Assembly (NCBI RefSeq): GCF_009914755.1
Contig: NC_060925.1
DNA: 64,000 nt
Source of the DNA: the human T2T-CHM13v2.0 reference genome, Homo sapiens
Reading direction: 5' to 3' (one strand)
Part shown: piece by piece, positions 57,571 through 64,000 of the stretch
How positions within the stretch are numbered: position 1 is the first letter of the stretch
How the letters are laid out: each line of letters begins with the position of its first letter
Made by a program: the position numbers and the translations under genes
Notes under the pieces: model-generated
Database searches by the model: none
What the model was told of the DNA's origin: nothing
What the model saw: only the letters and a program-made list of their open reading frames with translations

Positions 57571-57686
57571 GAAGATTTTAAGGTGCTCTGAATCTTCTAG
57601 AAACATACAGTATACAGAGAAAAGACATACAAACAAATAATTATTTATAGTAAATATGTAATTTGTATAGTACAAAATTTAACCTT

Positions 57687-58351
57687 GTATAAAAGAAATG
57701 TAGCTTTTGTCCTTGGCTTATGGGAGGTAGTCTCTAAGCCCTTGGAATGTCATGCCTGAGAGAAGTGTCTTTGCCTGAGGTCATACTGGATTGTGTGACA
57801 ATATGATTTTGGGTAGAGGGTGGCCATACCAGATAGTATTTAGAGTAAGAGTTAACTTTGCCAGAAGAACAGCAATGTGATTTAGGGTAGGAGCTTTGGG
57901 TCAAAAGAGTATCAGTAGACCTGGAGACTGAGAGCCACCATAAAAGAAATTAATCAATCAATCATGCTTACATTATGGGACTCCATTGAAAACTCTGGAT
58001 GCCATAGCTCAGGGGAACTTCTTGAGCTGGTGATACTCCGTGCATATTGTCACATATTAATGCCAGGAAAGCAACATGCCCTGACTCCATGAGGAGACAT
58101 CACCAGAACCTCTATGTTTAGTACTTTGCTGGACTCTACCCTATACCCTTCTTTCCTTGCGTAATTTTAATCTGAATCTTTTTCTTGCAATAAACCATAC
58201 TTACCAATGGTTACATTACAGCTTTCAGTGAGCTCTGAGAGTTCTTCTGGAGAATTATTGAAATTGGACCCCCTAGAACTTGCAGTTTGTGTCAGAAATG
58301 AGTGTCTTGTGTAGATTGTGTTTCCTCTACCTGAAAAGTTGGCTAACTCCA
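57687..58351 (+). mobile_element. MER21C-like ERVL solo LTR
   Basis: ctctaagcccttggaatgtcatgcctga, aatcaatcatgcttac..aaaactctgga, gcaataaaccat, gagttcttctggagaattattgaa. Confidence 0.8.
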
Positions 58352-58729
58352 AGAAAATAGAGAGTTATAAAAAGTGAGCTGTTGAATCACGGGAAAGAGT
58401 AGAGGAAAATGCCTGAGAAAATCAGAAAAGCCTAAACTTTACCTAGAAGTTAAGAAAAAGAAGTTATTTTAGGAAAAATTAAAGCATATACAAAGACACG
58501 GAATCAGGAAGCAAATATTACATTTGATTTAGTCAAGTTTACCATATTTAAATGATACAAAAAACAAACATACCAACAAAACAAAGCTACCAATTAAACT
58601 AAGGAAGGCTATTAATTGTAGGACATATACTCATATTAGAGATGTGAAAAGTATCTTAAAGTCAATAAAAATATAAGGCAGACTAATTAGGAACTGATGC
58701 TAAAACAAGCATGGTCCATATATTTGATA

Positions 58730-61562
<2,833 letters not shown>

Positions 61563-61916
61563 TATTTCAAGGGCAGGAGTGAAGGAAAAAATATTGATGG
61601 GAGGCATTAGCAAGGAATGGTATTGGAGAAGTAACTTAGAGCCAGACTGTGAAATTTAGGTTGAAATATGTTAAATAGCTACTATGTGCCAATGGTCCCT
61701 TTGATAAAAACATAAAGCACATCTTTCAACAGTCAGAGTGACTTGAAAGTGCATTATAGATATGGAGAAACTGAGGTTCACAGGGGCTACAAAGTTTCCC
61801 AAGGTCAGATACTGATTAATTTAGGAAGCTAAGATGTTAGAGCAGGCTTTTCTGATTTTAAAATCCATATAAAGTGTTTGGACTACCCGTAGCAGAAGCC
61901 TTAAGCAGGGAAATGG

Positions 61917-62060
61917 GGCCAGGCATGGTGGCTCATGCTGGCAATCCCAACAGTTTGGGAGGCTGAAGTAAAAGGATTGCTTGAGCCCCGGAGTGTAAGA
62001 CCAACCTGGGCAGCATAGTGAGATCCCATCTCTAATAAAAATTTAAAAGTAAAATGAAAA
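61917..62060 (+). mobile_element. FLAM_C-like free left Alu monomer inside minus-strand L2 remnants (~61600-62500)
   Basis: Single left monomer with ggattgcttgagccc; TSD aagcagggaaatg / aagcatgagaatg. Confidence 0.85.
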
Positions 62061-62544
62061 AGCATGAGAATGCCATGATAGTATTTCTCTTCAGGAATAC
62101 AACTCTATTAGGTATGTGAAAACACTGGTAACAAAGAGACTGGTGGGCTTTTGCAATGATCTGAGCTGATGTTTTGTGGTCATAAGTTAAGGAAGGATGT
62201 CACTTTGGGTGTGGAAAGGAAGATCTAAAGAAGCAACAAGGATGACTCTGAAGTTCCTCAAATGGAAATTTATGACTATCAAAATTGCAAAACACTTGGA
62301 GGACAGGTGAATAGTGACTTAAAACTAAAATGTATTTTAAGTTTTGGGTGCTTGTTAGACATCCTGATTGTGCTGTTCCTTATATCTGATAGGGCTAATG
62401 TATACATGTTTAGGTGGCATCAGTATATATACAAAATGAGAAAACCCAAGGGGTGGAAACCACTCAAGAACAGCATATAGAAGTAGAGAAAATAATTCAG
62501 TCCAGATTTCTAAGAAACTCCAACATCTAAGGGCAATCAAAATA

Positions 62545-63040
62545 AATTATTGCTGTGCTTTAACACAACAACAATTTTGATTACTCACAATTCTGTGGGG
62601 TAGTAATTTAGGCCAGACAGCTGTGTGATTTTTCAGGACTCAGTTGGACTTACACATGCTATTTTTACCCAGCTGTCAGTCAGCTTCTGGTATTTTTCTG
62701 GCTGTCGGCTGGAGTGACAGTGGTGACTGGGCCATGTGTCTCAGATCATCCAGCAGGCTAGTCCAAGCTTGCTCAGATGGCAGCTCTGCAGGGATCCAAG
62801 GAAGTGAGCAAAGCATGCAAGGACTCTTGAGATCTTGGTGTGGGGCTGGCACACTATCAGCACTGCTCCTCTCTATTGGTCAAAGCCAATCTCAAGGGCA
62901 ACAAGATTCAGGTGGAAGGAAAATGGATTTTACTTCTTTTTTTATTGAGACGGACTTTACTTCTTGATGGGAGGAATGGCCAGCATATTGCAGGAGGATG
63001 CAGGAATAAAGAATTGTGACACTTTCACAATCTACCACAG
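62545..63040 (-). mobile_element. MLT1G/H-like LTR (donor of the 61226-61329 copy)
   Basis: tactcacaattctgtggg, catccagcaggctag, tctattggtcaaagc, cttcttgatgggagga, aatctaccaca end. Confidence 0.8.
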
Positions 63041-64000
63041 ACAAGGAGATGAGGAGGTGAAAACAGGCACTATTCCCTACCATTGTCAACAAAAAGGTGA
63101 TGAGATGATAATGTTGACCCTCCATGTGAAAGGAAGGGTATGGCAGGCTCTTATTCCCATAAACAGGAGAATAAAGTTCACCTTAAGGTTCTTTGCATCT
63201 CCAATGTCTTTTGATGCTCATGCCCAACATCACATCAGCACTCAGCCTGCTTTCAGTTACAAGTCACCACAAACATGATACATTCCCAAGTTTGGGGATG
63301 CCGGAACATGAATACTGATTTGAAGAGATGAATGAGAATACAGCATTTTATCTGATCTGGTAAGTTTTGTTTCTGTCAAATTCCATTTTCCAATTAGCCA
63401 CTGAAATAATCTTTCTAAACTGCATTTTCTACTGTGTTGGTTCAGGTCCTTAGAGAAGCAGTCACCAAAACAGAATTATAAGTGCAAGATAATTCTCAGA
63501 GAAACTCTCACCTAGGATTTTCTACATATAATTTTAATTAATGATCACAGGTGCATAAATGGTGGTTTATCAGCCTTCAGCAACATTTTAATCTGATCAG
63601 TGTAGACATGTAAGCTAGCTGAATTGCATCAAAATCATCTAGTACGTCTTGAATTTTTGAGAACACTTTCTGTGAACTGGCTAGTGATGCCGCATAGGAA
63701 TCCTACAGCAACAAGGATCCAAGTCTTTTTTTCACACCTCTAGTCAACATTCAAGTATAGGGTTGTATTTATGATGCCATTATTAAGCAGCATTTCTTAT
63801 AGGACAATTTAATGATACTTGTTGGGAAGCAAATTTAATGATACTTACTGAGAACAGAGAAATCTGTATCTTCAAGCAGACAAGATCTCTCACACGGGCC
63901 ACCACCGTGATCTAGCTAATAATAATAACAACAAAGGGTAAACAGTTATACGTGAATGTGATGTTCTTTGCTTCAATACATCAAATACAAGGAAGAGTTG

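Overview
AT-rich primate genomic DNA, most likely human because it carries a nearly unmutated AluYd8-like element. I can support no protein-coding gene, RNA gene or CpG island, and the ORF track is explained by Alu/L1/LTR/Tigger remnants, microsatellites and chance. Roughly half or more of the window is interspersed repeat: a near full-length minus-strand L1, older L1M pieces, L2/MIR/L3 relics, about ten Alu-family elements, solo LTRs (MLT2, MST, THE1, MLT1, LTR33, MER21, MamGyp-like) and a full-length Tigger1. Between these lie repeat-poor blocks that look like regulatory DNA. The most unusual signals are three non-tandem short local duplications about 0.9-1.4 kb apart (two are clear templated insertions into other repeats), a fold-back inverted repeat inside an L1, two Alus of the 12-bp-deletion (Yd) lineage, AP-1 and GATA/FOX/ETS motif clusters, and candidate minus-strand exons. 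I found no convincing new biological system. Repeat family names come from recalled consensus sequences, and boundaries of old repeats are approximate.
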